A DNA stretch of 63,908 nt, counting the filler, from Thraustochytrium aureum (Eukaryota): the NCBI GenBank assembly GCA_012862495.1. It is 9 parts of 6 records of this genome, joined end to end, with 100 filler letters (N's around TTAATTAATTAA, not from the genome) between each part and the next. Parts side by side here need not be neighbours in the genome. Positions count along the whole stretch, not along the records: positions 1 to 26,372 come from BLSG01000447.1; 8 more parts are not named here. One strand, 5' to 3'. The position numbers and the translations under genes are program-made. Position 1 is the stretch's first letter. Each line of letters starts with the position of its first letter. Shown here in pieces: positions 1 to 12,485 of the stretch. The notes under the pieces are model-generated. The model saw nothing but the letters and a program-made list of their open reading frames with translations. It did not search any database and was not told the DNA's origin.

Positions 1-105
1 TTGCCTGCCTGCCTGCCTGCCTGCCTGCCTGCAGCAACAGCGCCCGCGCCCGCCTGCTGCTGCTGCTGCTGCTGCCGCTGCTGCTGTTCCTGCTCTGCTG
101 CTGCT
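1..105. repeat. (CCTG)n and (CTG)n microsatellite tract
   Basis: Short tandem repeats read directly from the sequence. Confidence 0.85.
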
Positions 106-880
106 GCGCCATTTTTTGTTTTTTGGGTTGGTTTTTCTGCCGATTTTCGCTGCTTTTTTGGCCTTTTTGGGGCCCTTTTTCGCCTTTTTGGGCACGTTTT
201 TGGGCTCCTTGTGCACTCGGCGTTCTCCAACATCAATGACATTGCGTTGGATCTCGTGGAGTTGAGGAGTAGGTAGGTTGAGTTGAGTGCGTATGCGTCC
301 AGGCGCACTGGATTGCGCCGCGGCGCTGGCGGGGCGGGGCGCGCTTGGGCCGGGCGGCGAGACGAGCTGCTGTCGTCGGTGGATGGATTGGGGTGGATCG
401 GATCGGATTGGGGATGATGGGCTCCGGCCGGCTTGGAGGTGGTTTTAGCCGGTTTTCGGCGCTGTCGAGGTGCGCCAGGCCATCGTCTGCGGCGTGGCGG
501 CGAGGACGGTGGCGCAGCACAGCGCAACTGCAGAGAGTTCTCTGTTGAGGCTCATCGGCTCCGTGCGACGTTGATGAGCTGTTTTCCAGGCGATTGCCCG
601 CCGGTTTGCGATGCAATGGGACGGGCTGGCATGCGTCCGTGGTGCGGCGGGTTGCGTCGGAACTGATTCTACACGTACACGGCACCGTACGCGGGCCTCT
701 AGAGGCAGATGCGTCTGCTTTCCTGTGCAAGCGAGCGGCCAAGGCGCCCGAGGTTGAGCGCGCGCGGGTCGCGGCCTGATCAACGATGAGGGGCTCGGCG
801 TTCATTCTATTCTCTTGGCAATCAACGTTTCTGTCCCCTCGAAGCCTCCAAACCGCATCGTCCGAGCGGCGGGCGCGCCG

Positions 881-1788
881 ATGCGCGCGGCGGTCGTCGC
901 GGCCCTCGTCGCGGCGGTGGCATTGGGGCGGAGCAGCCATAGCGATTGCGGCGAGCGCGCTGCGGCTTGCGAGGATGCAGGTGTTGGCGAGGAGTGGTGC
1001 AGCGCGGACGAGGTCGTTGTCGACGTCCCTTTCGTTGCGGTGCCTGCCAGGCACCGCGGCGTCGCGATACGCGTGGACGGACGGCCCGTCGACGCGGAGA
1101 GGGTCCCCGGCGAGTTTGGAGTCGGCGTGGTCACCCCAGCGCGGTGGCATGTTTTGGTACGAGGACTAGTGCCTGGGGAGCACGAGGTTTGGCTGGAAGG
1201 TCTGACGACGGACTCGCCACGAGTTCGGCTCGCGAGGCTTGTGGTTGATGGCCGGGCGTGGCCACAGCTTTGGCCGCGCGGGACGATCCGCCTTGTTGAG
1301 CCAAGAGACGGCGAACGTCTGAGCTGGCCCAGTGTGCGACTTGCGGTGGCCTGCGACGGTCCTGTTTGCGCCCTGGCGTCTTGGGCGCGGACTGCCGCTT
1401 TCGTGCTCCTGGACGGCGTCTTCGTGGGCGCAATACCTCTGGAAGACATGCGCGCTACACCTTTGGAGCGACCTGTGCCTTTGTTTCTGCAAAACGTCTC
1501 GGACGGCCCGCACAACGTCCAACTCGTCTTCGGCGACCCTTTCGGCTTTCCTCTGGCCGGGCAGAACCCGGACGCTTCGGTCACGGACGCTGCCGCGTTC
1601 CACGTCTCGAGCCGCGCGAAGGAGTTGGTGCGACCCATCATTGTGCAGCCCGTTCTCGGAGCCTCCGCCGTCTTGACAGACAGCGCTTCCGCAATCGAGA
1701 TAGAGCTCGACCCGTCTGCTGTCCCCGTGTCGGGGTTTGTGCAAGTCCGTGTCACCCATGCGCGGCTCGAGGTTGACGGAGTCGAGGT
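881..1788 (+). CDS. Putative secreted protein with repeated Ig-like beta-sandwich modules, 3' end in N-gap
   Basis: ATG at 881 followed by a hydrophobic signal-like peptide MRAAVVAALVAAVALG. Repeated motifs IRVDG...GLVPGEHEVWL, VLLDG...NVSDGPHNVQL and LEVDG. The ORF stays open into the gap. Confidence 0.55.
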
Positions 1789-1942
1789 NNNNNNNNNNNN
1801 NNNNNNNNNNNNNNNNNNNNNNNNNNNNNNNNNNNNNNNNNNNNNNNNNNNNNNNNNNNNNNNNNNNNNNNNNNNNNNNNNNNNNNNNNNNNNNNNNNNG
1901 CATACGTACGATACCTACATGGGCCCGGCCTCCAACGACTAC

Positions 1943-3147
1943 TCACGAGGAGATAAACACATCGTAAGGAAGCTCGATCGGCGCCGTGGCTGGCTTGCCT
2001 GTTGTGAAAAAGGCGTGCTCGAGCGCCTCTTTGGCGGTGGGGCGGTCGCGCGGGTTGACCTTCATCAGCTGGCGAACAAGATCGACGGCCTCTTTGCTGT
2101 ACGCCGAGCCGAACCGCTCTTTGAGTGGAGCCGGCTGCCGCGCCGAGAATTCGGCGTACTTGTGCAGTGCTTTCATCTCGGGCCACTCGGCCTCTGTTGG
2201 CGTGCCGAAGATGTAAAAGATTTTCCCAAGCTGGTCCTCCTCGGTCGCGCCGGGAAGGAAGATGCGCCGCGTCATCATCTCTGCCATTATACACCCTACA
2301 GCCCACATGTCGACGCCAACGCCGTACTCCTTGGCCCCAAACAGCAGCTCTGGGGCGCGGTACGGCCTGTGCGCGTGTTCGTGCGCATTTCGACGTTCGT
2401 CAGCCGTTGCAGTTGGCTCGCGGCTCGCTCGGCCTGGTCGGCGGAGCCCCGGCGCTCCCGGAGAGCCTGCAACTTACAGTGTTACTACCTTGTACGAGTT
2501 TTCGCGGTCAGCCTCGCCGAAGAGGGCGGCGAGGCCAAAATCGGCGACTTTGATCTGGCGGTCTTCGCCGATGAGGAGGTTGTCCGGTTTCATGTCCTGC
2601 GATTACCAGCGCGAAAGCGTCGGGCTCGTCAGCTTGCGCAGGCCCACGCGAGCGACGACGAAGGAGGCGCGCGACGCCGACTTACGCGATGCAAGCACCA
2701 ATGCGAGTGCACGGCGTCCATGCCCCGCAGCGTCATCGCCATGTAGCTCTTGATGTTCTCCTCGCTCAAGAGGACCGACTGGTTCGTGATCACCTTGCGG
2801 AGATCGAACGGGCAAAACTCCATCACCATGTTCATGCTGTCGGCCAAGGCAAACACATCGATCAACTGCGCTCGGCCGCGCGCGCAGTTGTCAGCGGCGC
2901 GTACTGCTGCGCAGCGAGCGAGCTCCGCAACCTCCACACTTACATCCACGACATTCTCGTGCTTGATCTCCTTGAGGAGCTTGACCTCGCGAAGGGCGGT
3001 CCAGTCAATCCCTGTCTTGCTTGACCGCTTCATCATCTTGATCGCCACGTTCAGCCCATCACCTTTGCGTGTCGCCAGATAGACCGCCCCAAACGCGCCG
3101 CGCCCGACCTCTTTGCGCACGTCATACTTGTCCTGGCCCGCCAGCAT
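1943..3147 (-). CDS. CDK7: CDK7/MO15-like CDK-activating kinase; 4 exons (3147-2944, 2865-2686, 2596-2478, 2366-1943)
   Basis: Spliced product has GRGAFG, VAIK, IDWTALRE (CDK7-type NxTALRE helix), HRDMKPDN, DFG, VVTLPYRAPE, LLFGAKEYGVGVDMWAVGCI and IFGTPTEAEWP. Three GTAAGT..CAG introns restore the frame. Confidence 0.88.
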
Positions 3148-3400
3148 CTCGAGTCAGCCAACTAGCCCAACTAACCAACGCAGCGTCGGCCACGCAAAGC
3201 GCCAGATTCCAGCGGCGCAGTCCCAGCGTCGGCCTGCAATCCGCACATGCTGCTCTGCTCTGCTCGGTGTCGCAAGGCTCGCGGCGTGGATGAACTCCGC
3301 CACCCTAGCTGAACCTAACCCTGGAGTGCCCCAATAACTTCTGGCAGCTGTGGCGGACCTGAAGATGAATGCATTTCAATTGAATGAACTGATGTGATTC

Positions 3401-3679
3401 ACCTGAACTGCTCGTCGGCGATTCACGAGGAAGAGCGCAGCTCCGTTCGGCGCTCGCGCGGGCGGCTGGTGTTAGTGCGCTTTGCGCTTTTTTGCTCAGC
3501 CACGGTTTCCAAGGGCGATCGATTTCGCACTTTCACAAGCTTGCATCGACCGCGAAACGAGGCCGCCTTGCTGGCGACCTGAACTGCTCGTCGGCGATTC
3601 ACGAGGAAGAGCGCGGCTCCGTTCGGCGTTCGCGCGGGCGGCTGGTGCCAGCGCGCTTTGCGGTTTGTTTGCTCAGCCA
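3401..3679. repeat. Two imperfect ~100-bp direct repeats, 176 bp apart (3401-3502, 3577-3679)
   Basis: ACCTGAACTGCTCGTCGGCGATTCACGAGGAAGAGCGC...GCTCAGCCA occurs twice with a few mismatches. Confidence 0.9.
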
Positions 3680-4053
3680 TCCGATGTCCTGTGTGCCAAA
3701 CAAGGCGCTGATCGATCTCAAGCGACCTGGCTCGAACAAATCAAACGACCGCCGCTCCCGGGCCGGTCGTGGCGCAGGAGGGAGGGCCCCGGCACGGACC
3801 GCCGCCATGACGCGGGGCCAGCGCCGCCGTGACAGCCACATCGAGCGAACAAGGCCCTGCTCGGCCAAAATGACCGGTGACCGGATCGGACAGTGCGGCT
3901 CATCAAGTCGAGGCGAGGCAGACCAGAAGGCGCACTCGCTTCCGAAAGCCACCATTGTCGGCGCGTAGACCCGCGGCCGCACAGCGCGAGGGAGGTAGAG
4001 AGGCGTGAGAGCGGGCGAGAGCGGGCGAGTGCTCTGGCCGCGCCAAAAGCAAG

Positions 4054-4877
4054 ATGCTCGGCGGGGGCAAGAATTCCGGGTATGAGCGTCTCGTCGACGT
4101 CCCCGAGGAGACGCTCAGCGCGACCCCGACGCCGCAGCCAGGGAGCGAGGCAAGCAAGCGCGCGACGCAGATCCAGACGGCAAAGATGGAAAGCCCGTTC
4201 TGGTACCTGCTCAAGGCAACGTTTGTCTACTTGCTTGTGACGCTCGACATCTTCCTCAACTCGTCGGTGAACAGCGATAGCTACGAGGCGCTCGTGGGCA
4301 GCGGGCAGCTGTCCAACTTTTGGCCGTTCCTCTTCTTGGTGTAAGTTTGCTGCTTGGCCAAACGGCTGCCGGCACGGCCGCCAGACAGCGCCTCGCTGGC
4401 TGCTGACGCCCGATTCCCGGCAGCGTGCAGACCAGCTTGCAACTCTTCATCTTCCTCTCGCTGTTCCTCCTCATGTGCAATACGTACTTGATGCAAATCG
4501 GCTTGCCCGGCGTCGTACTTGCGGACTTCAAGTTCCTTGGGTTTGCGCAGGTCATGTACCTGCTCCTAACCGTGGTCCTCGGCATAATGCGCATTGTAAG
4601 TCCCCGCTTAGTTGGAGTGGCAACATTCGCGTAAAAACATGTGGCGCGCGAAAGCGAGGCGCTGACGATTGCGGCCACTGCGATGTTTCGCCTGCAGCTC
4701 CGGTTTGAAGCAACGAAAGGCGAGGAGAAAGTGGACCTTTGGGGCATGCCAGGGTTTGAGGTCGTTTTCGTGTTTCAAAACCTCAGCGCAGGCCTGTACT
4801 ACCATCAGGTCCTGTACACGACCTTTCGGCTTGCAGACGAAAAGTACTATACCAAGACAAATATGAGGCTCGGTTGA
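4054..4877 (+). CDS. TMEM138: TMEM138-like ciliary membrane protein; 3 exons (4054-4340, 4424-4595, 4698-4877)
   Basis: Spliced product DIFLNS...FLLMCNTYLMQIGL...FVFQNLSAGLYY...RLADEKYY parallels recalled human TMEM138 (DLFVNS...FLMFFNTFVFQAGL...FVFQRLAAVLY...RLGDPHFY). Introns are canonical. Confidence 0.85.
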
Positions 4878-5095
4878 CTGCGAGAGAACGACATTCGGTC
4901 GGTCGTCCTTCCAGCACGCACTCGCGCCGGCTTCGAATGGGCCTCCAGCTTTTCGCGTTCTAATTTTAAAACAGAGCCTTTAGAAAGGCGCCAGGGCGCG
5001 GGACGGCGCCGCGCGTCGTCCGGGTTGCAGCGAGCCGCTGCCATTGAAATCTCTAGTTTACTCGTTGTACTCTCCATATTTGAACCATCCGGCTC

Positions 5096-7110
5096 TCAGC
5101 AAGCAACAAAGCTCTCGATCACAGCCGTCGGCTTTGTGAGACCAGTTGCTGAAGTCACTGCGCCCGAGGGGCGCGCCGTCCCCTTGCGCATTGAGGCGCT
5201 GGCAGCGTCTGGCGCAGCACCGCTCGCAGTCCTGTCAGTAGCTCCTCGTCCACCCTCGCCAACTGACTCGCTTGGCTGCCCACCTTCGTTGCCGTTGCCG
5301 TCTTCGATGACGGCGTCTTCAACGCCGTCGTCGTCATAGTCCTCCTCGAGGATGGTGAACTCCGAGTCGGCAACCGAGACCCGCCCGCTGCAATCGGCAG
5401 CGCGCTTGAGCGACCGCCCGCTGGCATCCGCGGCAGTCGTGAATGTGGCATCCGGATCATCAAACCCAGCGCCAAGGCGCGACCGGTCAGCGGCGCTCCC
5501 GGCTGGGAGTCTGCGAACTGAAAAGCTTGCGGTCTCGCGCGCAGCGCGTGAGGAAGACCTCGCCATAAAGGATGCGGAAACCGGGTCGCGAAAGTCGGTG
5601 TCATCTGCAAAGCTCTTCGCGCTACCCTTTGCGCTCTTGCTGCTAGAACTGCTGGAGCCACTTTTGCCGCTGCTCCCGGCGTCGGTTGAGCCCGCCGCGG
5701 ATCGGAGAGCGACGCTGCCATCGCGTGCGCGTTGAAGTAGAACCTCAGATGGTCGAAGCCAGAGCCAGCTTGTTGCTCAGGCGCGTCTCCGCAGGCATAG
5801 TGCGCCAGGCCGGGCCCAGTCGGAGCTCCCGAGGCCTGCCCCGCGCTCAGCGGTTGGTAGCGGCGTCCAGCTTTGCAGGCGCCGACGCCGGCAAAGTCCT
5901 GCGCTTCACAAGAGGCGGCGCTCTCGGCAGACGTGGGGCTATTCGGGCCCGAGCTCGCAGAGAGCAAGCTGCCGACAGAGCCGTCGGTCCCGGCGCTGTT
6001 GTGGCGGTCGATGTGGCGCTTCTTCGAGGGCTTGCGCTTGCTGTTTCGTTTCTTGCTGCGATCCGCCCTCGCTTCTACGGGCTGGTCCACCGTGCCGTTG
6101 ATTACGTCTTGCATGTCGATCTCAAACTCGCCGTTCTTTTTCTGGGACCGCGGACCGCCACCAAAGCCGAGCACGTCGCACATCGAGGCGAAGTTCTTCC
6201 CAATAAAACGCAGTCGGCGCTTGCGGTGCGCAGCCACGTCGAGGTTGGTGCAAGTTCCCGCCACAGCGTCCTCCGCCACCTTGGCCTCGCTGGGTTTGGC
6301 GTTCCGCGGAAGCGGGGGCAAGGCGGCGAAGGGCGTCGCGTTGCAGGACTGGCCGAGCATTTCGTTTTCCTCGAGCGTGGCGAGAGCTTGGCTGTTCAAT
6401 TTTTTGGCATGCTTTCGCTGCCCTGGGCCCTGCAGCGTGCGGCGGAGGCGGCTGGCCACGCTCTTGTAGATGGGCTTGCGGGGCTTGTTGGTGTCTGCGA
6501 CTCCTCGCCTTGACTTTGGTTTGCACAGCTCGTCGCGCCGCTCGTCCAGCTCAGGCTCGGCGCAAGACGGCTCTCCATGAGCCGACTGCGCTACGTCTGG
6601 CTCGCCGGACGCCTGGCCGGCGCTGGTGTGCGAGCCGCGTCGGGCGATCGTCGCCTCGGCATGGCGCCGCGGCGCATGGACAATTGCGTGTTCGTCGACA
6701 TCCTCCTCGAGGGCTTTGCGGTGCTCGGCTTGTAGCTGCGCGAGGGTTTTGCTTCCCATGGACTTGTAGTGGACTTCTAGCACCTCGACCCACTCGGGGT
6801 CGAACACCGCGGCGTCGAAAGGGCATGGCGTCTCGTCGCGGGGCTGCACAGCGCCGTGCAAGGACGCGATCATGAGGTCGCTGAGCTCGACCGTCCAGGA
6901 CACGCGTCCAGCGCGGTGCTGCAGCGACACGTTGTTGGCGGCTTGGCGTCTGCGAACGTCGGCGATGTTGCGCTCCATTTTGGCGACCCGCTCGCTGACG
7001 GTAATGCGCCGCTCTTGCAATACCTCTCGAAGGAGGCTGCGCTCCTTGCTGACGTTGAGGACCTTGAACGAGGCCGGCACCGCAGCGGCGGGCTGCTTGC
7101 CTTTCGCCAT
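5096..7110 (-). CDS. Hypothetical low-complexity protein with a probable frameshift near 5730
   Basis: 651-aa ORF from ATG 7110. A plausible Ser/acidic C-terminus continues in another frame to the stop at 5096. No domain recognised. Confidence 0.55.
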
Positions 7111-9372
7111 CGTTCGCTTGGGCGAGGCCCTCGACGGGTTTGGGTTCTATTCGAGTCGGACCTCCGGCTCGCACCAGGGCGAGGCGGGTCCCGTTTCGTT
7201 TCGCGCGGACTTGGGCTGCCGCTGAGCGGCCGGTCGTTGCAAGTTGGCTGAGGGCCGCCCGCGGTCGGGCCGCTCGCGTGGCGCGGCGGCGGAGCGCGAG
7301 GGGCTCGGCCCTCTTTCAGTCTTTCTTTCTTTCCAGGCTCCACGTGCCTTGACTCGGCGAGGCGCGGCCACACGGCGTCCGGTGGTCGCGTGCGGGACCT
7401 GCCGTCTGTCTCGCAGTAGGCAATGGGCGGCAAAGTGCGATCGATGCCTGATGGATTGGTGTGATGAGCTCGCTTGCGCAGCTCCCGCCAAGCCAAGTTT
7501 GGCGCGGTCAAATTGGGTACACGCCACGGGTAGTGTTCGAGGAGCAGGAGCCAGGGCGGTATTCGCAGCGCGCTGTCTGCAAAACGAGGTTTTCAACTGG
7601 AGATGCTCTGCTGGCCAAGGTGGTCGTTACCCGAAACTGCACAAAAGGAGGACTCCGAGTCCGAGTTCGCCGCGCCGTCTGGGCTTGTTGCGCCGCGAGG
7701 GTCGGATGGATGAGAGAGAAAGGTTCTGCCTTGTTGCGCCAGCGCCACTTCTGGCCGACAAGTGCGTGCGCCGATGTGTAGAAAGAAGATCACTCCGTCG
7801 TCCCTCACACTCAGTCGCACCCGGGGTAGCGCAGCCCGTCAATCAGCCGGCAATCAATCCCACCCAGCAAGCCCGCCCGACACGCACAAAGACACGCACG
7901 CACACGCAGAAACGCCGCGCATGACGCCACCAGTTGGACGAGGCAGCCCCGAAAACTGGCCCTCCGCCCTGCACGTCATTCCCTGTTGGCTCTGCCAAGC
8001 GACGGCGCGCCACATGCATCGACGAGCATCTTCCCAGCCGCGCGCCGTGCGACGATCGTCAACTAACCGCCTGCCAGGGTCGGCCAATCCTGCGGCGCGC
8101 AGAACCTGCTCTGCGCGCGGCATGAACCCGTTCGGGTCCCTTATCTCGTGCGCATGTATCTATCACGATACTCGCTTTGCGGTGATCATCCTGTGATTGC
8201 GAAGGACGCCATCTCGCGCTGGGTCGATCCACCAGCCAGCCAGCCCAGCCAACCCAGGACGAGAGGCTGGCTAGCTCAGTACCCACGCTGCCGTTCAAAG
8301 CCGTTGTGGCTCCGACGGCAACGGTGCTTCTGTCCGCGGCACCGAGGCTGTAATCGAAGACCTCTCCCGCGTCGCCTGTCGCGGCGCTGGAATCCTGCAA
8401 GGCTCGGGTTCGGTGGCTGTGCGCGCGTACGCCGAGCCAGCGAACGGCAGATCCAAGCCAGCCGTGCCGTGCCGCGAGGCGCCCCGCCATTTCGAGCGCT
8501 GCTCGTCGCTCGTTGACGCAACAGCTGGGGGCACGCCGCGGGCACGAAGCGCGAAGCCCGCCCGTCTCGAGCCATCTCGAAAAGAAAAAGTACGGCTTTC
8601 CCCGCCAGCGCCGCGCTCGCCTCCTGCAGCAGCAGCCGTGAGGCGGACAGCCTGCACNNNNNNNNNNNNNNNNNNNNNNNNNNNNNNNNNNNNNNNNNNN
8701 NNNNNNNNNNNNNNNNNNNNNNNNNNNNNNNNNNNNNNNNNNNNNNNNNNNNNNNNNNNNNNNNNNNNNNNNNNNNNNNNNNNNNNNNNNNNNNNNNNNN
8801 NNNNNNNNNNNNNNNNNNNNNNNNNNNNNNNNNNNNNNNNNNNNNNNNNNNNNNNNNNNNNNNNNNNNNNNNNNNNNNNNNNNNNNNNNNNNNNNNNNNN
8901 NNNNNNNNNNNNNNNNNNNNNNNNNNNNNNNNNNNNNNNNNNNNNNNNNNNNNNNNNNNNNNNTCCGATCGATCGATCGACGATCGCCCGATCGACCAAT
9001 CGACGATTGATCGCTGGTAGGTACTCTACTCTGCTCAGGTCGCCCATCCCGCGCGGCGGCGGCAGACCTGCTACTGGACGCGCGCGCGCACCTGCCGCCG
9101 TGGACTCTGACTCCGTGGAGGCCGCGGCTGCTGCAGGGGCACACCACGAGTGTTTGGCGGCCAGGCACGGTGCAAAGGCGGCGGACGCACTCCGCGGCGT
9201 GGCTCGGCTAGGCTCGACTCCGCTCGGCTTGGCGCGGCGCGGCGCGCCTCGAAGGGAGCAAGATGAAGGGCATCCGGGAGCGCATCGACCGCTATCGGCG
9301 AGACCGCGGCAAGAATGGCGCGGGAGCAAGAAGAACCTGGTCGGGAACAGCCGCATCGAGCATGGGGACTCG

Positions 9373-11032
9373 ATGTCGCCAAACATGGAGGCCGTGATGG
9401 AAGACCTGACGCGTGTCTCGACGAAACGAGGCAACGTGCTGGACTTTTATCGCATCGAGGAAGAGCTGGGCCGCGGCGCCTTTGCGCGGGTGTTTCGCGG
9501 GATCCAGCGCAACTCCGGCAAGGAGGTGGCCGTCAAAATCGTGTCCCTGCGAACCATCGCCGAAAAGGCTGTGGGCGAGCACCAGCACAGGGTCGAGCGG
9601 CTCAAGAAGCAGGGCAAGGACGCGTCGAGCGAGGAGGCGCGCAGCCGCTCCGAGATCGAGGTCAAGGCCAAGAAGCGCGTGCTGGCCATCATGCAGAGCG
9701 AGATCGCCGTCATGCGCAAGATCAGCAAGATCAGCTCGCGCAAAACGCGCAACATCGTCCAGCTGCGCGACGTGTTGGTCAACGAGCACCAGGTCTGCGT
9801 CTGTATGGACCTCTTGACGGGGGGAGAGCTGTTCGACCGCATCCTCTCCAAGAAGCGGTACAGCGAGAAGGACGCGGCCTTCCACGTGCGGCGCATCATG
9901 CGCGCGCTTCGCACTCTGCACGCGAACGGGATCATCCACCGCGACCTCAAGCCGGAGAACCTTGTGTTCGAGTCGCCCGAGGAGAACTCGCAGATCAAGC
10001 TCACTGACTTTGGGCTCGCCTGCATCGAAGGGGTGCCAGACATTCACAAAGACTCGGTGGTCGGCTCGCCGGGGTACATCGCGCCAGAGGTCCTTGAGCA
10101 CAAGACGTACTCGCCCGCCTGCGACGTGTGGTCGATGGGCGTCATCCTGTACATTCTATTCGTGGGCGGGCCCCCATTTCACGGCAAGACGGACCGCGAG
10201 ACGTTCAAGCGCATCAAGGCGGGCAAGTACACCTACCCAAAGAGCGCCAAGATCTCGGCCCTAGGGCAAGGACCTGGTCTCCAAGTGCCTCGTCGTGGAC
10301 CCCAAGCACCGGATCACGGTGGCAGGCTTTCTCAACCACCCGTGGCTCCTGCAAAAGGCCGCCACTGCGGACGCCTTTATTGGTCTCGAGCGGCTCAAGA
10401 CGTTCAACATCCAGACCAAGCTCAAGGCGGTCACCACAGGACTGGTCTGGGGTTCAAAGTCCGGTCTACGGCGCGACCTGTACAAGCTGCTGGCTGGCAC
10501 GGAGCGCGAGAGCGGGCTCACGGGCGAAGAGCTCACGCTTATCCGCAGCGCGCTCTTGAAGTTTCGCGCAGGCGGGCGCACCATCACGCGTAGCCAGTTC
10601 GTGTACGCGATGAACGACCTTGGGTTTGCGTCGCTCCCGCTCAACGAGATCTACGACCTGTTCGACCCGGCCGGGAACGAGAAGGCTGACATTATCGAGG
10701 TCATCGTTGGGCTCTCGACAGCGGCCAAAGAGTGGGACGGCTCGTCGCAGATCCGCTTTTGCTTTGAGACCTACGACCGCGACGGGTCCGGCAAACTCGC
10801 GCTCAACGACGTCACCAAGTTGATGCGCGTCGTCGCCAGCGAGATGGAGACGGGGCTCACACAGCGCTTCGCCTCGATGTTCCGCAGCTGGTCGCCCCAG
10901 CAGGGCCAGCTCACGATCCAGGAGATCGAGGACCGCGTCCTCAACGCCAAGACGGAGCAAAGCGTCGACCCAGACGGGGACGACGGCGAGACCGGCGCAG
11001 AGGAGGCCGATGCTGAAGAAGAGGACGACGAC
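9373..11032 (+). CDS. Ca2+/calmodulin-dependent kinase with a C-terminal EF-hand (visinin-like) domain, CCaMK-like; frameshift at ~10264; 3' end in gap
   Basis: Kinase motifs LGRGAF, VAVK, GGELFDRI, HRDLKPEN, DFG, GSPGYIAPE. Removing one G of CTAGGGCAAG gives KISALGKDLVSKCLVVDPKHR...HPWL, then a CaM-binding-like helix and EF loops DPAGNEKADIIE and DRDGSGKLALND. The start may lie further upstream. Confidence 0.9.
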
Positions 11033-11742
11033 NNNNNNNNNNNNNNNNNNNNNNNNNNNNNNNNNNNNNNNNNNNNNNNNNNNNNNNNNNNNNNNNNNNN
11101 NNNNNNNNNNNNNNNNNNNNNNNNNNNNNNNNNNNNNNNNNNNNNNNNNNNNNNNNNNNNNNNNNNNNNNNNNNNNNNNNNNNNNNNNNNNNNNNNNNNN
11201 NNNNNNNNNNNNNNNNNNNNNNNNNNNNNNNNNNNNNNNNNNNNNNNNNNNNNNNNNNNNNNNNNNNNNNNNNNNNNNNNNNNNNNNNNNNNNNNNNNNN
11301 NNNNNNNNNNNNNNNNNNNNNNNNNNNNNNNNNNNNNNNNNNNNNNNNNNNNNNNNNNNNNNNNNNNNNNNNNNNNNNNNNNNNNNNNNNNNNNNNNNNN
11401 NNNNNNNNNNNNNNNNNNNNNNNNNNNNNNNNNNNNNNNNNNNNNNNNNNNNNNNNNNNNNNNNNNNNNNNNNNNNNNNNNNNNNNNNNNNNNNNNNNNN
11501 NNNNNNNNNNNNNNNNNNNNNNTAGTTTGGCGAAGGCAGCGGACCTGCTCTCTCGTTTGCTGCTCATTTCTCAGCGTCACAGTGCAAGTTGGGCTGGAGC
11601 AAGGAGAGTGAGCGAGCAGGGGACCCAGCGTCGTCGTCTTCGCCGTGGCCGCCGCAAGGTGAAAATTATCTATAGTTCTCTCAAAAGGCGCGCACATCCA
11701 GCACGATTTCGGTAGATTCTGTGTGTTTGCGGCGCGGTGGCG

Positions 11743-12485
11743 CTATTCCTTGCTAGTGAGCACGAAAATCCCCATCACGCCCAGCACGACAAACTTGAGG
11801 TACGGGTCTGCGATGCGCCGCGAAGCGGGCGTCAGCTCTGCAAACGCACAAACCGGGCTGGCCTGCAGACCACTTACAATCGTTCAGCAGGATCGTCACC
11901 ATGCCGACTTTCGGGACATAGACGCGCGCTCGCCCCATGATCGAGTCCCTGCTAAGCCACCGCTGTCCCCGGGCGTAAATGCCGCCGGCTCCTGCGACAG
12001 ACGCGAGCTCAGCGCTTGCGTTAGCGAAGCGGTCGTGCAGGGTCTGCCTGCGCGCGGCAACGACGCGCCTCTTGGGCAAAGGCAAGCAATCGCCACTTAC
12101 GGTCGTCTACGTTGTTGTTGTCGCCCTTGGTGAGCAGATTGAGCCGCCCCTTTTTGTCCACGTGGACTTCCACGACGCGATGCACGATCGGGATCTCCCG
12201 CTCGGTAATCTTGAACACGACGACCTCGCCGACCCTAATTGGCTCTGAATAGCTGTTGTCCAGGAAAAGGATATCGCCTCTATAGATTGCCGGCTCCATA
12301 CTCCCCGTCAGCACCACCACGACGGGCGACTCCGAGTTGGTGTACACAATCAGGCTCTTCCAAATCATCAGCGCCGAAAACACGATCATCGCCAGGTTGA
12401 ACCCTTGAAACGCCAGCGCCCTCTTATTCTTCCACAGCGCCTTGAGCTGCACCACCTGTTCCTTGGCGATCCCGACGACGTCCAT
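11743..12485 (-). CDS. SEC11: Signal peptidase complex catalytic subunit SEC11; 3 exons (12485-12101, 11991-11878, 11807-11743)
   Basis: [39 protein letters not shown] and [18 protein letters not shown]. Two GTAAGT..CAG introns. Confidence 0.95.

Noticed and set aside
815..2746. 643-aa ORF and other ORFs spanning N-runs or antisense to real genes
   Set aside because: Artefacts of translating through Ns and of high GC. The 3' half here is antisense to CDK7.
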